Below the pieces are notes generated by a model. It did not search any database, had not been told where the DNA came from, and worked only from the letters and a program-made list of their open reading frames with translations. 42,531 nt of DNA from a virus, in the IMG/VR virus record IMGVR_UViG_3300009503_000008, positions 1 through 42,531 of that record; one strand, given 5' to 3'. Made by a program: the position numbers and the translations under genes. Shown here in pieces: positions 33,049 to 41,913 of the stretch (positions within the stretch are counted from its first letter, which is position 1; each line of letters begins with the position of its first letter).

Positions 33049-33570
33049 ATGGACACGGGACAGAAGGTCGCTATCGGTATACTTGCCGGGCTTGCGGCGG
33101 TGGGGCTCGGCATAGGCGCATATGACGAGTACGAGAAGAGTAAATGCGAAAAGTCCGGCGGCACATGGCAGGGGCTGTTCAAAGGCTGTACGCCAAGCGT
33201 TAACCAGGCCCAGTTAAATTGTCAGGACTCCGGCGGCACGTGGAATGCGTCCACAGGTACCTGCACCTGCCCGTCGGGGTACACGCTCGACTCGTACGGC
33301 CAGTGCGTGTCGTCCACGCCGTCCCCATCGCCATCGCCGTCTCCATCTGCTCCCGGCCAAGTCGATCCATCAACGATTAATATTTCCTGGCAGACGCCGA
33401 CGAGTGCTCAATCTGTGACAGGTACGCTGTCCTGGGGCGCGGTGAGTGGCGCGACCAGCTACCAGGTATCACTCAACGGCGGGAGCCCGGAGACGGTCAA
33501 CGGCACTTCGGTGCAGATCTCGGCCGCGCCGGGTAGCAGTATCCAGATTTCCATTGCGGCTTGCAGTTAG
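33049..33570 (+). CDS. Membrane-anchored Cys-motif + FN3-like protein (173 aa)
   Basis: ATG 33049 follows GAAGGAGG. It has the TM helix VAIGILAGLAAVGLGIGA, the motifs C..SGGTW...C and C.DSGGTWNASTGTC, a PSPSPSPS linker and an FN3-like C-terminus. Confidence 0.6.
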   Translation: MDTGQKVAIGILAGLAAVGLGIGAYDEYEKSKCEKSGGTWQGLFKGCTPSVNQAQLNCQDSGGTWNASTGTCTCPSGYTLDSYGQCVSSTPSPSPSPSPSAPGQVDPSTINISWQTPTSAQSVTGTLSWGAVSGATSYQVSLNGGSPETVNGTSVQISAAPGSSIQISIAACS

Positions 33571-33581
33571 GAGTGATGGAT

Positions 33582-34658
33582 ATGACTTGCTCGAATCCAG
33601 TAACGGTTACTAAGCAAGTACCGGCATACACGCCGCCACAGCAACAATGCACCGGCGGGCGCGTATTGGTCAACGGGCAGTGCGTTTGTCCGTCCGGCAC
33701 CCAGTGGAACGGCAGTCAGTGTGTAACGGTCACTCCGCCCGTCCAGAAACCGGGATCGCCCTCCGCCCCGCAAGAGATAGCGGAATCGGCCAGCGGAACC
33801 GGCTACAATGCCCAGATAACGATTTTATGGACTCCTGGTAGCGGCGCTACAAGTCAGGACATCATTGATCCGATAAGCGGACAGGTGTTCGCCAGCGGTC
33901 TGTCGCCCTCGACCAACGAGTACACCATAACCGGGCTGTACGCCGGGGCCACGGTGCACATTGCCGTCCGCGCCAATAACTCGGCTGGCAGCACGGTTGG
34001 CCCGTACACGCCCTTTGTTATGCCGTGTCCGTCGGGGTATACCGCTACTGGTACGGAATGTCAGCAAAACATACAGGTTCCCGGCGCACCGTCCGCTTTC
34101 GACTGTTCCAGTTACGAATCATCCAATCTATCGACCGAGGTTGATCTATGCTGGAATATCGACTCTAACGTGGATTACTACCTCGTGCGGGACAACTGGG
34201 GATTCGGTGGCGGCCTGAACGGTCCGGGCGCAAATGTCGGGTATACCGGCATTGCTCATCTGACAGGACTACCGCCAGGATCAATGGTGCAGGCCCAAGT
34301 TGCCGGTGTTAACAGTGCCGGGCAAGGACCATGGAGTCCCATTGTGACCATGTATACGCAGGCGGCAAGCTCCGCGCCAAGTCAGAGCATATCTGCCTGG
34401 GATTGCAGTTCCGGGCAACCCTCGGGCTGCATCGGCTGCTGTTTCTCTGGTGTTCCATCAAACGCCGCCGAGGTCACGATCCAACACGTGGACAGTTCCG
34501 GTAACATCCTCGGGGTGCTGGCCGATTATGTACAGGGGAACAGCGTACAGGTTTGCGGCCTGATATCCGGGGGCATTGAGCATTGGCAGGTGCGTGCGTA
34601 CGATGACAGCGGCAACCTGGTGGCTTGGAGCAATATCGTGCAGTCAGTGGCACAGTAG
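33582..34658 (+). CDS. Cys-motif / tandem FN3-like protein (358 aa), paralog of 34671..35492
   Basis: MTCSNPVTVTKQVPAYTPPQQQCTGGRVLVNGQC. The FN3-like segment is ...ITILWTPGSGATS...YTITGLYAGATVHIAVRANNSAGS. The start at 33582 follows AGGAG; the alternative is 33576. Confidence 0.6.
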   Translation: MTCSNPVTVTKQVPAYTPPQQQCTGGRVLVNGQCVCPSGTQWNGSQCVTVTPPVQKPGSPSAPQEIAESASGTGYNAQITILWTPGSGATSQDIIDPISGQVFASGLSPSTNEYTITGLYAGATVHIAVRANNSAGSTVGPYTPFVMPCPSGYTATGTECQQNIQVPGAPSAFDCSSYESSNLSTEVDLCWNIDSNVDYYLVRDNWGFGGGLNGPGANVGYTGIAHLTGLPPGSMVQAQVAGVNSAGQGPWSPIVTMYTQAASSAPSQSISAWDCSSGQPSGCIGCCFSGVPSNAAEVTIQHVDSSGNILGVLADYVQGNSVQVCGLISGGIEHWQVRAYDDSGNLVAWSNIVQSVAQ

Positions 34659-34670
34659 GAGGTTTGTGGT

Positions 34671-35492
34671 ATGGGGTGCTCAAATCCGGTAACCACCACG
34701 GTACAGGTGCCATCCCTCTCGCCGCAGCAGCAGTGCCAACTCGCCGGCGGACAGTGGGTGAACGGCCAGTGCATAGCGGCTTCGCCTCCGTTCGTCGGAG
34801 GCGTTCCAGCGGCCCCGGGTGAACCGTACGCTGTCATCAACTGGCTCATGCCGAGCAACCCCGCATACTATGGGAATTTAGTAAACTGTGCCGTTTGGGT
34901 GCCGCAGGTTGATCCCGCATACAACGTGACCGACTACAAAGGGTTCGCGTCCATCGGCGGCCAGCAACAGTCTCCGGTCGATATCCCCGTATCGGCCATA
35001 CCGAACCAGATCGGATACACGCCGGGGTACTGGCGCTTCAATCTGCCGCCATTTGCAGCGTATCAGCAGGTGCAGATATGGGCGCAGGCGTGTAATGCGG
35101 CGGGATGCAGCCAGAACAGTCCGGTATTAACGATAAACAACGCGCAGCCCGGATCTTACGGCACTACGCCAACCGGTGCTCCGACATCGGCTCCCGGTCA
35201 GGCCGGTCCGGTTCATGCTATCAACACCTCGCCGTCCAACTTTGTCGTGGCATGGAGTCCGGTTTCGGGGGCGGATACCTACGTGCTGAAGGACATGACG
35301 TACAATCCGCCCAATGGGTACAATCTGGTGGTTACCAGCGGTACGCAAGCACAGATACCGCAATCGCTGCTTGACAGCCTGTTCCCTGGCGGCATACAGA
35401 GCGGATACAATATCCTGCTTGCCGTTCAGGCATGTAATGAGATAGGATGTGGACCGATAGGACCATCTACTGTTATACCGTTCAGCGTTTAG
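34671..35492 (+). CDS. Cys-motif / FN3-like protein (273 aa), paralog of 33582..34658
   Basis: The N-terminus MGCSNPVTTTVQVPSLSPQQQCQLAGGQWVNGQC is conserved with the previous gene. Confidence 0.6.
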   Translation: MGCSNPVTTTVQVPSLSPQQQCQLAGGQWVNGQCIAASPPFVGGVPAAPGEPYAVINWLMPSNPAYYGNLVNCAVWVPQVDPAYNVTDYKGFASIGGQQQSPVDIPVSAIPNQIGYTPGYWRFNLPPFAAYQQVQIWAQACNAAGCSQNSPVLTINNAQPGSYGTTPTGAPTSAPGQAGPVHAINTSPSNFVVAWSPVSGADTYVLKDMTYNPPNGYNLVVTSGTQAQIPQSLLDSLFPGGIQSGYNILLAVQACNEIGCGPIGPSTVIPFSV

Positions 35493-35509
35493 AACAGGGG
35501 GTGCTATTC

Positions 35510-35713
35510 GTGCCAGATTTCAACGAAGAAAAATCTATACCTGCTATAATACTCAATCACGAAGGACGGATATGTACCCTTGAGGAAGCACGTGAGAATA
35601 TGGAACGCCGGATGGACAGATTTGAGGCAAAGCTCGACAAGTTATACTATGTCGGCTGGTTGATCGTGCTCGGGATGATTGGTTCATTAATCAGTCCTCA
35701 CCTGCACTTTTGA
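35510..35713 (+). CDS. Small C-terminally anchored membrane protein (67 aa)
   Basis: GTG 35510 follows AGGGGGTG. It has a coiled segment followed by YYVGWLIVLGMIGSLISPHL. Confidence 0.45.
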   Translation: MPDFNEEKSIPAIILNHEGRICTLEEARENMERRMDRFEAKLDKLYYVGWLIVLGMIGSLISPHLHF

Positions 35714-35725
35714 GAAGGTGATCAC

Positions 35726-36604
35726 GTGGCCCGTTTGCTGACCGTCCCGTCCGGCTGGGGTACCGCCTACGCGCCGACCATCGGCGAATTACAGACCCTG
35801 GCCGCCGCCTTGTCCGGCACCAATGCAGCCATCAACCAAGCGGCTGAGACCTTTTCGGTGGAATATCCCTCCATGCAGGCCGTGCTGTCATTTATCCAAG
35901 GTGGCGGAGTGTATGTAGATTACTGCGGCTGGCCGATGTACTACCCGGTAATCGTATCCACCTATCCGGCACAGGGCGAGGCGGGGCTGTTCGGCAGTTT
36001 CCTTTCGGCCATGGGAGCCGACCAATACTACTGCGATGGCTTTGACACCTCCCAAGCTGGCTGCATGCCAAGCTACCCATATGATCGCGGATGGCTGAGT
36101 AAATACGACATCAGCAATCCATACGGTCTTATAGTGGGCAAAGATGGGGCAATGGCTGCATGCACATCATTGATATTCAACCGCAACGACAACGCCTACC
36201 CTATGGTGGCGGTTCGGTCTACCGGTGGATCGGGAATTTACTTTTACGGTGCCGCCGGGTCAAACGGTGCGGTTGATCCGAATCAATTTGCGCAGTTTAT
36301 CTTATCGGTCATGTCATCGTCCCAGGGCGGTACCGGCACTGGTGGTGGCACGGTGCAGACCCTGCAGCAACAATGCCAGTCCGAGGGCAACGTCTGGTAT
36401 GACAACCAGTGCCTGACACCGGCGGAATACCAATGTATCCTTAACGGCGGGGTGTGGGTGAATGGTGTCTGCCAGTTACCCACGGCCGGGGTCGTACCGC
36501 CAGCACAGACGACCGGTCCTAATTGGCCCCTTGTCATCGGCGGTGGTCTGGTCGGAGTCGGTCTGATCGTCGGCTTGGTAGCCCTGGCCGCTGGAGGTGA
36601 ATGA
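35726..36604 (+). CDS. Hypothetical protein with a Cys-motif and C-terminal TM anchor (292 aa)
   Basis: GTG start. QQQCQSEGNVWYDNQC...CILNGGVWVNGVC repeats the Cys-motif. The C-terminus is WPLVIGGGLVGVGLIVGLVALAAGG. Confidence 0.6.
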   Translation: MARLLTVPSGWGTAYAPTIGELQTLAAALSGTNAAINQAAETFSVEYPSMQAVLSFIQGGGVYVDYCGWPMYYPVIVSTYPAQGEAGLFGSFLSAMGADQYYCDGFDTSQAGCMPSYPYDRGWLSKYDISNPYGLIVGKDGAMAACTSLIFNRNDNAYPMVAVRSTGGSGIYFYGAAGSNGAVDPNQFAQFILSVMSSSQGGTGTGGGTVQTLQQQCQSEGNVWYDNQCLTPAEYQCILNGGVWVNGVCQLPTAGVVPPAQTTGPNWPLVIGGGLVGVGLIVGLVALAAGGE

Positions 36605-37265
36605 CGTGTCCCTGACGATTCTGGCTCAAGGTGATTCCAATGGTGGCGGTGATGGTCCGCTGGTCAATACCAACTGGGCGCAACTGGCCGAGCTCGCGCT
36701 GAACGTCAGCATCGGCCAGGTGTCGGCGTCCGAACTGGAGCAGTTCATCAACCCCGCCGCGTACCAGGCCGAGGCCGGCCAGCCGGAAGGAGCGCAGATC
36801 GAGCTCGACATCTCCGGCTGGACCATCTTCGGCACCGATTATTCCCAAACGGTTGCCGACCAGATCAACAATTACTGGCAGCAGGGGCAGTTCACCGTCA
36901 ACGGCGAGAGCATGCAGGCGTGGCCCGGTGCCAGCCAGATAGCATACGGCGGGAACGACACCTTGACCGTGCAGTACCTGAAGGGTCAGATCTGGATTCT
37001 CTGGATAGCCCTCGCCATAGCGGTCGCCGTGTGGCTGTATGGGCTGTTGCAGAGCTTCACCGGGCAGTCGTGGTCCGTGGGTGTCAATTCGGCGTCCGTG
37101 GCTAAGGGTGGTATCTCCGGCTGGTGGGCGAACCTGCCGCTGTGGGAGAAGATAGGGTTCTTCTTCTTCGCCGGCGTCGCGGTTGTCGGTCTGGTGATCG
37201 TCGGGTCCGAAATCGAGATCGCCAAGGCCGGTGCGCCTAAGTCGGAGATCCACATCGGGGGGTGA
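36597..37265 (+). CDS. Integral membrane protein (222 aa)
   Basis: The helices are IWILWIALAIAVAVWLYGLL and IGFFFFAGVAVVGLVIVG. The start is GTG 36597 or 36606. Confidence 0.55.
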   Translation: MNDVSLTILAQGDSNGGGDGPLVNTNWAQLAELALNVSIGQVSASELEQFINPAAYQAEAGQPEGAQIELDISGWTIFGTDYSQTVADQINNYWQQGQFTVNGESMQAWPGASQIAYGGNDTLTVQYLKGQIWILWIALAIAVAVWLYGLLQSFTGQSWSVGVNSASVAKGGISGWWANLPLWEKIGFFFFAGVAVVGLVIVGSEIEIAKAGAPKSEIHIGG

Positions 37266-38497
37266 ACCATGTGGCGAACGACATATACTATCAAGCTGCT
37301 GATTACATTCTGTCATCGCTGGGAATAACCCCGACACCACAAAACGTCAACATGCTGGTGGCCTGGATGCCGAACGAATATACGCCGGACGAACTGGCAG
37401 TGACCAACAATCCTCTGGCAACCAGTCTCAAGACAGCCGGTGCTGACGGCTATTGCTATATCCCTGGTGTTGGTCAGTCATCGGAACCGTGTTACGACAC
37501 CTTGGCCGACGGATCGGCGGCATGTGCCCAAACTATTGCCAACGGGTTGTATCCGCACATCCTGGCCGGATTACAGAACAGCGACCCGAACACGTTCTTC
37601 TCGTCCGCCGCCGAGGCTGAATTTTCCCAGTGGTCCGGTGGCAGTCCGGGATACATGCAGAGAATACAACAAAACTATGAATCATTACCACCACCGCCAT
37701 CGTGGGCGCTTTCCGTGTCCTCTCCTCCCCCGCCGGCTTTTGCGCCCCCGCCGGTGTCGCAGGGATTTTTGTGGCTCGGTGGGATACTCTTTGCCGGCGG
37801 GCTTGCGCTGCTCGGCTGGGAGTGGTGGCAGAATAGGCGGACACCATCATATGGTTTCGCCCGGTTGATCGAGGAACACGACACCGATACCAGGATCAAC
37901 CCTGACTACCTGACCTACATCGCGCCGACGCAGGAGGATGTATCCGAGGTAACCGAACCGCTGAATGCCTGCACGGTGTACGACCGGGTTAAAAAGGCGC
38001 TCCAGGAACGCGGGGTGGCCGTGGTCGAGAACCGCTCCATGCCGCCAAATACCGAGGCGTTCTACACGGACGAAGACGGTGACCGGATACTGCTCAGCCC
38101 GTCCGTCAGCTTGCTGGCGAAGGAATGCAACCCGTACGCGACGCAGACGCTGCTGCACGAAGGTACGCATGCCCTACTGCACAACCCGGACTGCATGCCG
38201 TCGTTCAGGGGACAGATGTACACGAGCGTTGCCCATCAGGTCGAGGAGCAGGAAGCGGAGCTCGCGTCCCTGGCGACGATGGTCCGACTCGGCCTGCCGG
38301 TCGAGACATACGACGGAACCGTCATACCGCCTGGCCGGGCTGAAGTCGCATGGGAACGGGCGAAACGTGATCTTGACCCGGTTACCTATGAGAACGTCCG
38401 GTGGGCATCCGATTGGCTGACGAGAGCCGCTCGCGGCGAGGACGGCTCCCTTGTCAGCGAGAAATGCCCGCCGGCACGATTGATCGAAAGGAGGTGA
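37262..38497 (+). CDS. Membrane-spanning protein with a C-terminal HExxH metallopeptidase-like motif (411 aa)
   Basis: A Pro-rich linker, the TM helix FLWLGGILFAGGLALLGWEWW, then TLLHEGTHALLH (HExxH). The family is not resolved. Confidence 0.45.
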   Translation: MNHVANDIYYQAADYILSSLGITPTPQNVNMLVAWMPNEYTPDELAVTNNPLATSLKTAGADGYCYIPGVGQSSEPCYDTLADGSAACAQTIANGLYPHILAGLQNSDPNTFFSSAAEAEFSQWSGGSPGYMQRIQQNYESLPPPPSWALSVSSPPPPAFAPPPVSQGFLWLGGILFAGGLALLGWEWWQNRRTPSYGFARLIEEHDTDTRINPDYLTYIAPTQEDVSEVTEPLNACTVYDRVKKALQERGVAVVENRSMPPNTEAFYTDEDGDRILLSPSVSLLAKECNPYATQTLLHEGTHALLHNPDCMPSFRGQMYTSVAHQVEEQEAELASLATMVRLGLPVETYDGTVIPPGRAEVAWERAKRDLDPVTYENVRWASDWLTRAARGEDGSLVSEKCPPARLIERR

Positions 38498-38499
38498 TC

Positions 38500-38964
38500 A
38501 TGGTGCTGCTCAATCTGTCAGCGATCCACGTCCCGTCGATGATGGTCACCACGTTCCTAACCCTGGTCGGACTGATCTGTCTCGATACCGTTCTGGGGAT
38601 GGTGCTGGCGATAGTCAAGGGAACGTGGAAGTGGAACCAGGTGGGCCATTTCCTGGAGACATCTGTTTTGCCGTACGTCACGGGCTTGTTGGGATTGGCT
38701 TTTTTGGCCCTGCTCCAATCGTCGATGTTGCCGGTGTTCTACTCGTCGGCCACCGCTGCGGCACTGAAGTTCGTGGCGGATATCGTCAGCAAGATCAACA
38801 ACTTCGGTATCCAGGTGCCAGAGCCGAAGACAACGACCACAACGACCACGACTATCGGTCCTGAACCAACGACCACGACTACCGGCACGACCGCCAACAG
38901 TAATCTGGCGAACAGCGGTAATCTGACAACGGTGTCCACTACACCTGATACGTTCACCAAGTAG
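38500..38964 (+). CDS. Multi-pass membrane protein with a poly-Thr tail, holin candidate (154 aa)
   Basis: ATG 38500 follows GAAAGGAGGTG. There are three hydrophobic helices (TTFLTLVGLICLDTVLGMVLAIV, VLPYVTGLLGLAFLALL and PVFYSSATAAAL) and a TTTTTTT tail. Confidence 0.4.
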   Translation: MVLLNLSAIHVPSMMVTTFLTLVGLICLDTVLGMVLAIVKGTWKWNQVGHFLETSVLPYVTGLLGLAFLALLQSSMLPVFYSSATAAALKFVADIVSKINNFGIQVPEPKTTTTTTTTIGPEPTTTTTGTTANSNLANSGNLTTVSTTPDTFTK

Positions 38965-38978
38965 CGGGGGATAACGAC

Positions 38979-39950
38979 ATGGGCGGTTACTCCACTGTCC
39001 ACAACTCCATAGTGCAGGGCCTGTACTCCATGTTCCCGGACAGGCCAAAATGGCTCGGCGGCGTGACGGTGGTGACCGCCCTGGCCGCGACCGCCCTGGA
39101 TGTCGCCGCCGAGAAGTACGCCGCGAAGACGCCGCCGGAAAACGACCTGCACGACCGGCTGATCGCCCTGTACAAGGATCACGCAGCCAAGCTGTCCGGC
39201 GGCTCAAACGTGACGGTCAACGTGATCAATCAGGCATCGTCTTCCTCGTCCGTCCGGTCACGGTATATGATGGAGGAGGGAAACACCGACATCAACACGG
39301 ATTGCTTTTCCTGCGCCTCGGCCCATCTGGCCGCCACGAAAGCGGCGCTGGAGCGGGCCAGGGACGCCGCAAAGGACGGGACATGCGGCGCCGACTGCCG
39401 GAAATGGCTCAACCTGGCCGCCGACGAGTCGGCCGCCCTCCTGTCCTGGGACTGGACGGATGAGCGTATCAGTAAGCTGCCGGAACATCAGCGGCGGGTG
39501 ATCGAACCACGAAAACGACAGGTGGAAGAGTTATTCCGGGAAATCCTCGGCAATGATCATCAGGCGGTCGAGGTGAACAAAGCCAAAAGCCTTCTAGGCG
39601 AGTCGATTCGATTTGTCAATTCCGGGGACGGTGTTGATCATCCCGAAGTTGCCGAACGGCTCAAGCGATCCGAGGAGATGCTGGCGGCGGCGGAACGGCT
39701 CGACATCACGGCTTTTGATACGGACACGGCCAACAAGCTCCGCAGGGTGCGCCAGGCGGTGGGGAACAAAATCGAATTCCCCGATGCTGTCAAGGAGGTG
39801 TACCGCCAAGCCCGTGAGGTTGCCCAGGCCGTGAATGACCGGGTGTTATCCTCCATTGACACTACAAGGCTGGACGATCTGACCAAACAGGCTAATGAGG
39901 CATGGTCTGGATTCAAGCAAGACCGGATAAGGCACGGTGATCTGCAATGA
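38979..39950 (+). CDS. Hypothetical helical protein (323 aa)
   Basis: Complete ORF with an N-terminal hydrophobic segment, WLGGVTVVTALAATALDVAA. Confidence 0.55.
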   Translation: MGGYSTVHNSIVQGLYSMFPDRPKWLGGVTVVTALAATALDVAAEKYAAKTPPENDLHDRLIALYKDHAAKLSGGSNVTVNVINQASSSSSVRSRYMMEEGNTDINTDCFSCASAHLAATKAALERARDAAKDGTCGADCRKWLNLAADESAALLSWDWTDERISKLPEHQRRVIEPRKRQVEELFREILGNDHQAVEVNKAKSLLGESIRFVNSGDGVDHPEVAERLKRSEEMLAAAERLDITAFDTDTANKLRRVRQAVGNKIEFPDAVKEVYRQAREVAQAVNDRVLSSIDTTRLDDLTKQANEAWSGFKQDRIRHGDLQ

Positions 39951-40315
39951 CACCCGGTCTGGTGATAAACCCCCAGGGATGCACGGTGACGCCGGTCGGC
40001 CAAGACGCCGTGACTGTTCAATGCGGATTCTCTCTGTCCAACACCGGCACTGATATATTGGTGGTGGCCGTAGCCGCCGTGACGCCCGCCGGTGGTGTTT
40101 TGTCCATACAGCCGCTGGAGATATTGCCGGGATCTGCTCCGGTGTCCTTCCTCTCCCCGCCGTCCGGTGCCACCTGGTTAATAGCGGCGCAGACGAAAGG
40201 CCATATGGAATGGACAGCCGACTGGCATTTGGTGCTGGCAATCGTGGTCGGACTTTTGGCTGGTCTGGGCCTGGTCGGCCTGATCGGTGCGATATCATTC
40301 TGGTCGAGGTGGTAG
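39947..40315 (+). CDS. C-terminally anchored membrane protein (122 aa)
   Basis: Start/stop overlap with the upstream gene. The C-terminus is WHLVLAIVVGLLAGLGLVGLIGAISFW. Confidence 0.55.
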   Translation: MTPGLVINPQGCTVTPVGQDAVTVQCGFSLSNTGTDILVVAVAAVTPAGGVLSIQPLEILPGSAPVSFLSPPSGATWLIAAQTKGHMEWTADWHLVLAIVVGLLAGLGLVGLIGAISFWSRW

Positions 40316-40319
40316 ACAT

Positions 40320-40562
40320 TTGTGGAATTATATCCGCAAGCCCGTTCCTCCCTGCCCTTTGTGCGGCAGGATAATGAACCGGATCAGCCAGCGGAGGTAC
40401 CGTTGCAACTCATGCTACCTCGAAGCAACACACCGCCGTGGAACCAGGGATCACGTGCTGATATGGGCCGTGACGGACGGTGCCGACGACTGGGTGCACA
40501 ATAGCGGAGTCGGCCTGTCGGTGGGCAAACGGCGGATATTCCTGCGGGAGGTGGTGGTGTGA
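40320..40562 (+). CDS. Zn-ribbon protein (80 aa)
   Basis: TTG 40320 follows GAGGTGG. CPLCGRIMNRISQRRYRCNSC is present. Confidence 0.4.
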   Translation: MWNYIRKPVPPCPLCGRIMNRISQRRYRCNSCYLEATHRRGTRDHVLIWAVTDGADDWVHNSGVGLSVGKRRIFLREVVV

Positions 40563-40774
40563 AATCGGGTGAAGAATGCCCTATCTGCCTTGACGTGCTG
40601 AATATCGGTTGTGAGAAGTTCGACGCGAAATACTGCACGCTCAAGGAGAAATACCTGACTGACCCCAACATGAGCGCCGACGACGTGGTGATGGAGATGA
40701 CCCTGTTCGCCACGCCGGAAGAGCGGCAGGCCCTGGCGGACGCCCTGGTGGAGCGGGGTCTGGCCAGCAGATAG
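40559..40774 (+). CDS. Small hypothetical protein (71 aa)
   Basis: GTG start after GGGAGGTGG. Translation is MKSGEECPICLDVLNIGCEKF... Confidence 0.45.
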   Translation: MKSGEECPICLDVLNIGCEKFDAKYCTLKEKYLTDPNMSADDVVMEMTLFATPEERQALADALVERGLASR

Positions 40775-40776
40775 CG

Positions 40777-40804
40777 TTGAGTTCCGGTTTCTGTGCTGTA
40801 TCAT
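40777..40804 (+). promoter_or_regulatory. Late-block promoter copy 2 (TTGAGT-16-TATCAT) with a conserved leader
   Basis: ttgagttccggtttctgtgctgtatcat...aaccgaaaaggaggt parallels 23768-23815. Confidence 0.5.
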
Positions 40805-40833
40805 CGGTACAAACCGAAAAGGAGGTATTTGTC

Positions 40834-41085
40834 GTGCCTACTCTCGATACCGCGATGAACAAGTGGGCCCGCAACACTGCCAACGCCGGCGAGAAGTGGA
40901 AGGCCGCCGTGTCGCACGGTGACTACTGCGGCGGAATGACCCAGTTTCTCGGCGTGCGGCCGAACCGCATGTGCGCCGACTGGCAGCAGGGTGTCGGTGC
41001 CGTCTCGGCCAGCGACTTCCAGGCCAGCATCGCCGGCAAGGCCAACAAGTGGGCCGAGGGACTGCGCCGGGCGGCTTCTCTCTAA
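40834..41085 (+). CDS. Hypothetical protein (83 aa)
   Basis: GTG 40834 follows AAAGGAGGT of the conserved leader. Translation is VPTLDTAMNKWARNTANAGEKWKAAV... Confidence 0.5.
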   Translation: MPTLDTAMNKWARNTANAGEKWKAAVSHGDYCGGMTQFLGVRPNRMCADWQQGVGAVSASDFQASIAGKANKWAEGLRRAASL

Positions 41086-41109
41086 GTTTTCCTCCTCACC
41101 CATGGGATG

Positions 41110-41131
41110 GGCCGGCCACAATCGGCCGGCC
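41110..41131 (+). terminator. Terminator-like hairpin
   Basis: GGCCGGCC-acaatc-GGCCGGCC, followed by ttattcc. Confidence 0.45.
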
Positions 41132-41172
41132 TTATTCCATCGACAAAAAATGGTCAACAGGAGGTGTGATCG

Positions 41173-41661
41173 GTGCCTACGCTCCAATCCGGTGCCGCGC
41201 TGGTGAGCTTCCAGGTAATCAACCCCGCCACGGGGATTGTTGCTGGCGGTACGGCCAGGGTCGATTCCGGGGCCGACATAACGCTGGTTGATTCCGCGAC
41301 CATTGCCCAGATCGGTGTCCTGCCGGACGGCTATGTGGAAATCCAGGGCGTGGACGGCAACCCCGTGCAGGCATCGACTTACATGGTGTCCATCAACCTG
41401 GGCAATCTCGGGTTCGTTGGCCAGGCCAGGGTCGTCGGCATGGACGGTCTCCAAAGCAGGGACGGGTATCAAATGCTCATCGGCACGGACCTGCTTGGCA
41501 CCGGGGTGTTCGATTACTTTGGGCCGACGGATTCTTTTAACTTGCAGCTCGGTGTCACCACAGGTCCACCCATAAGCCCCGTGCCGTCCTGGGTGTTGCC
41601 CGTCGGTATCGTCTCCGTCGGATTAGGGCTGGTCGGCCTCATCTGGGGAGTGCATGGGTGA
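41173..41661 (+). CDS. Retropepsin-like aspartic protease with a C-terminal TM anchor (162 aa)
   Basis: GTG start after AGGAGGTG. ARVDSGADITLVDSATIAQIGVLP contains the DSGA motif. It is followed by MLIGTDLLG and the C-terminal helix VLPVGIVSVGLGLVGLIWG. Confidence 0.65.
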   Translation: MPTLQSGAALVSFQVINPATGIVAGGTARVDSGADITLVDSATIAQIGVLPDGYVEIQGVDGNPVQASTYMVSINLGNLGFVGQARVVGMDGLQSRDGYQMLIGTDLLGTGVFDYFGPTDSFNLQLGVTTGPPISPVPSWVLPVGIVSVGLGLVGLIWGVHG

Positions 41662-41896
41662 TCTCTCGGAGCCATACCAGCGCCTGGCCGCCCTGTGTCT
41701 GGGCATCGGACCACAGATGCAATATCAGAACATGACTGCCGGGAACCATTTCCCATACCAGCCACAGACCGCCCAGGACCACGATCCACGGCCACGGCCT
41801 GAAAATCTGCTTTATGGTCCAGGACAGCAGACCAATAACCATCGCGAAAACCAAGACCGCCAGGGCATATTCCACAAGCACCATTCCGGGACTCAT
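41639..41896 (-). CDS. Small membrane protein (85 aa)
   Basis: GAGGAG SD. The helices are MVLVEYALAVLVFAMVIGLL and WIVVLGGLWLVW. Its 3' end overlaps the convergent protease gene. Confidence 0.5.
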   Translation of the reverse strand: MSPGMVLVEYALAVLVFAMVIGLLSWTIKQIFRPWPWIVVLGGLWLVWEMVPGSHVLILHLWSDAQTQGGQALVWLREITHALPR

Positions 41897-41913
41897 TTTT
41901 CGTTATCTCCTCT

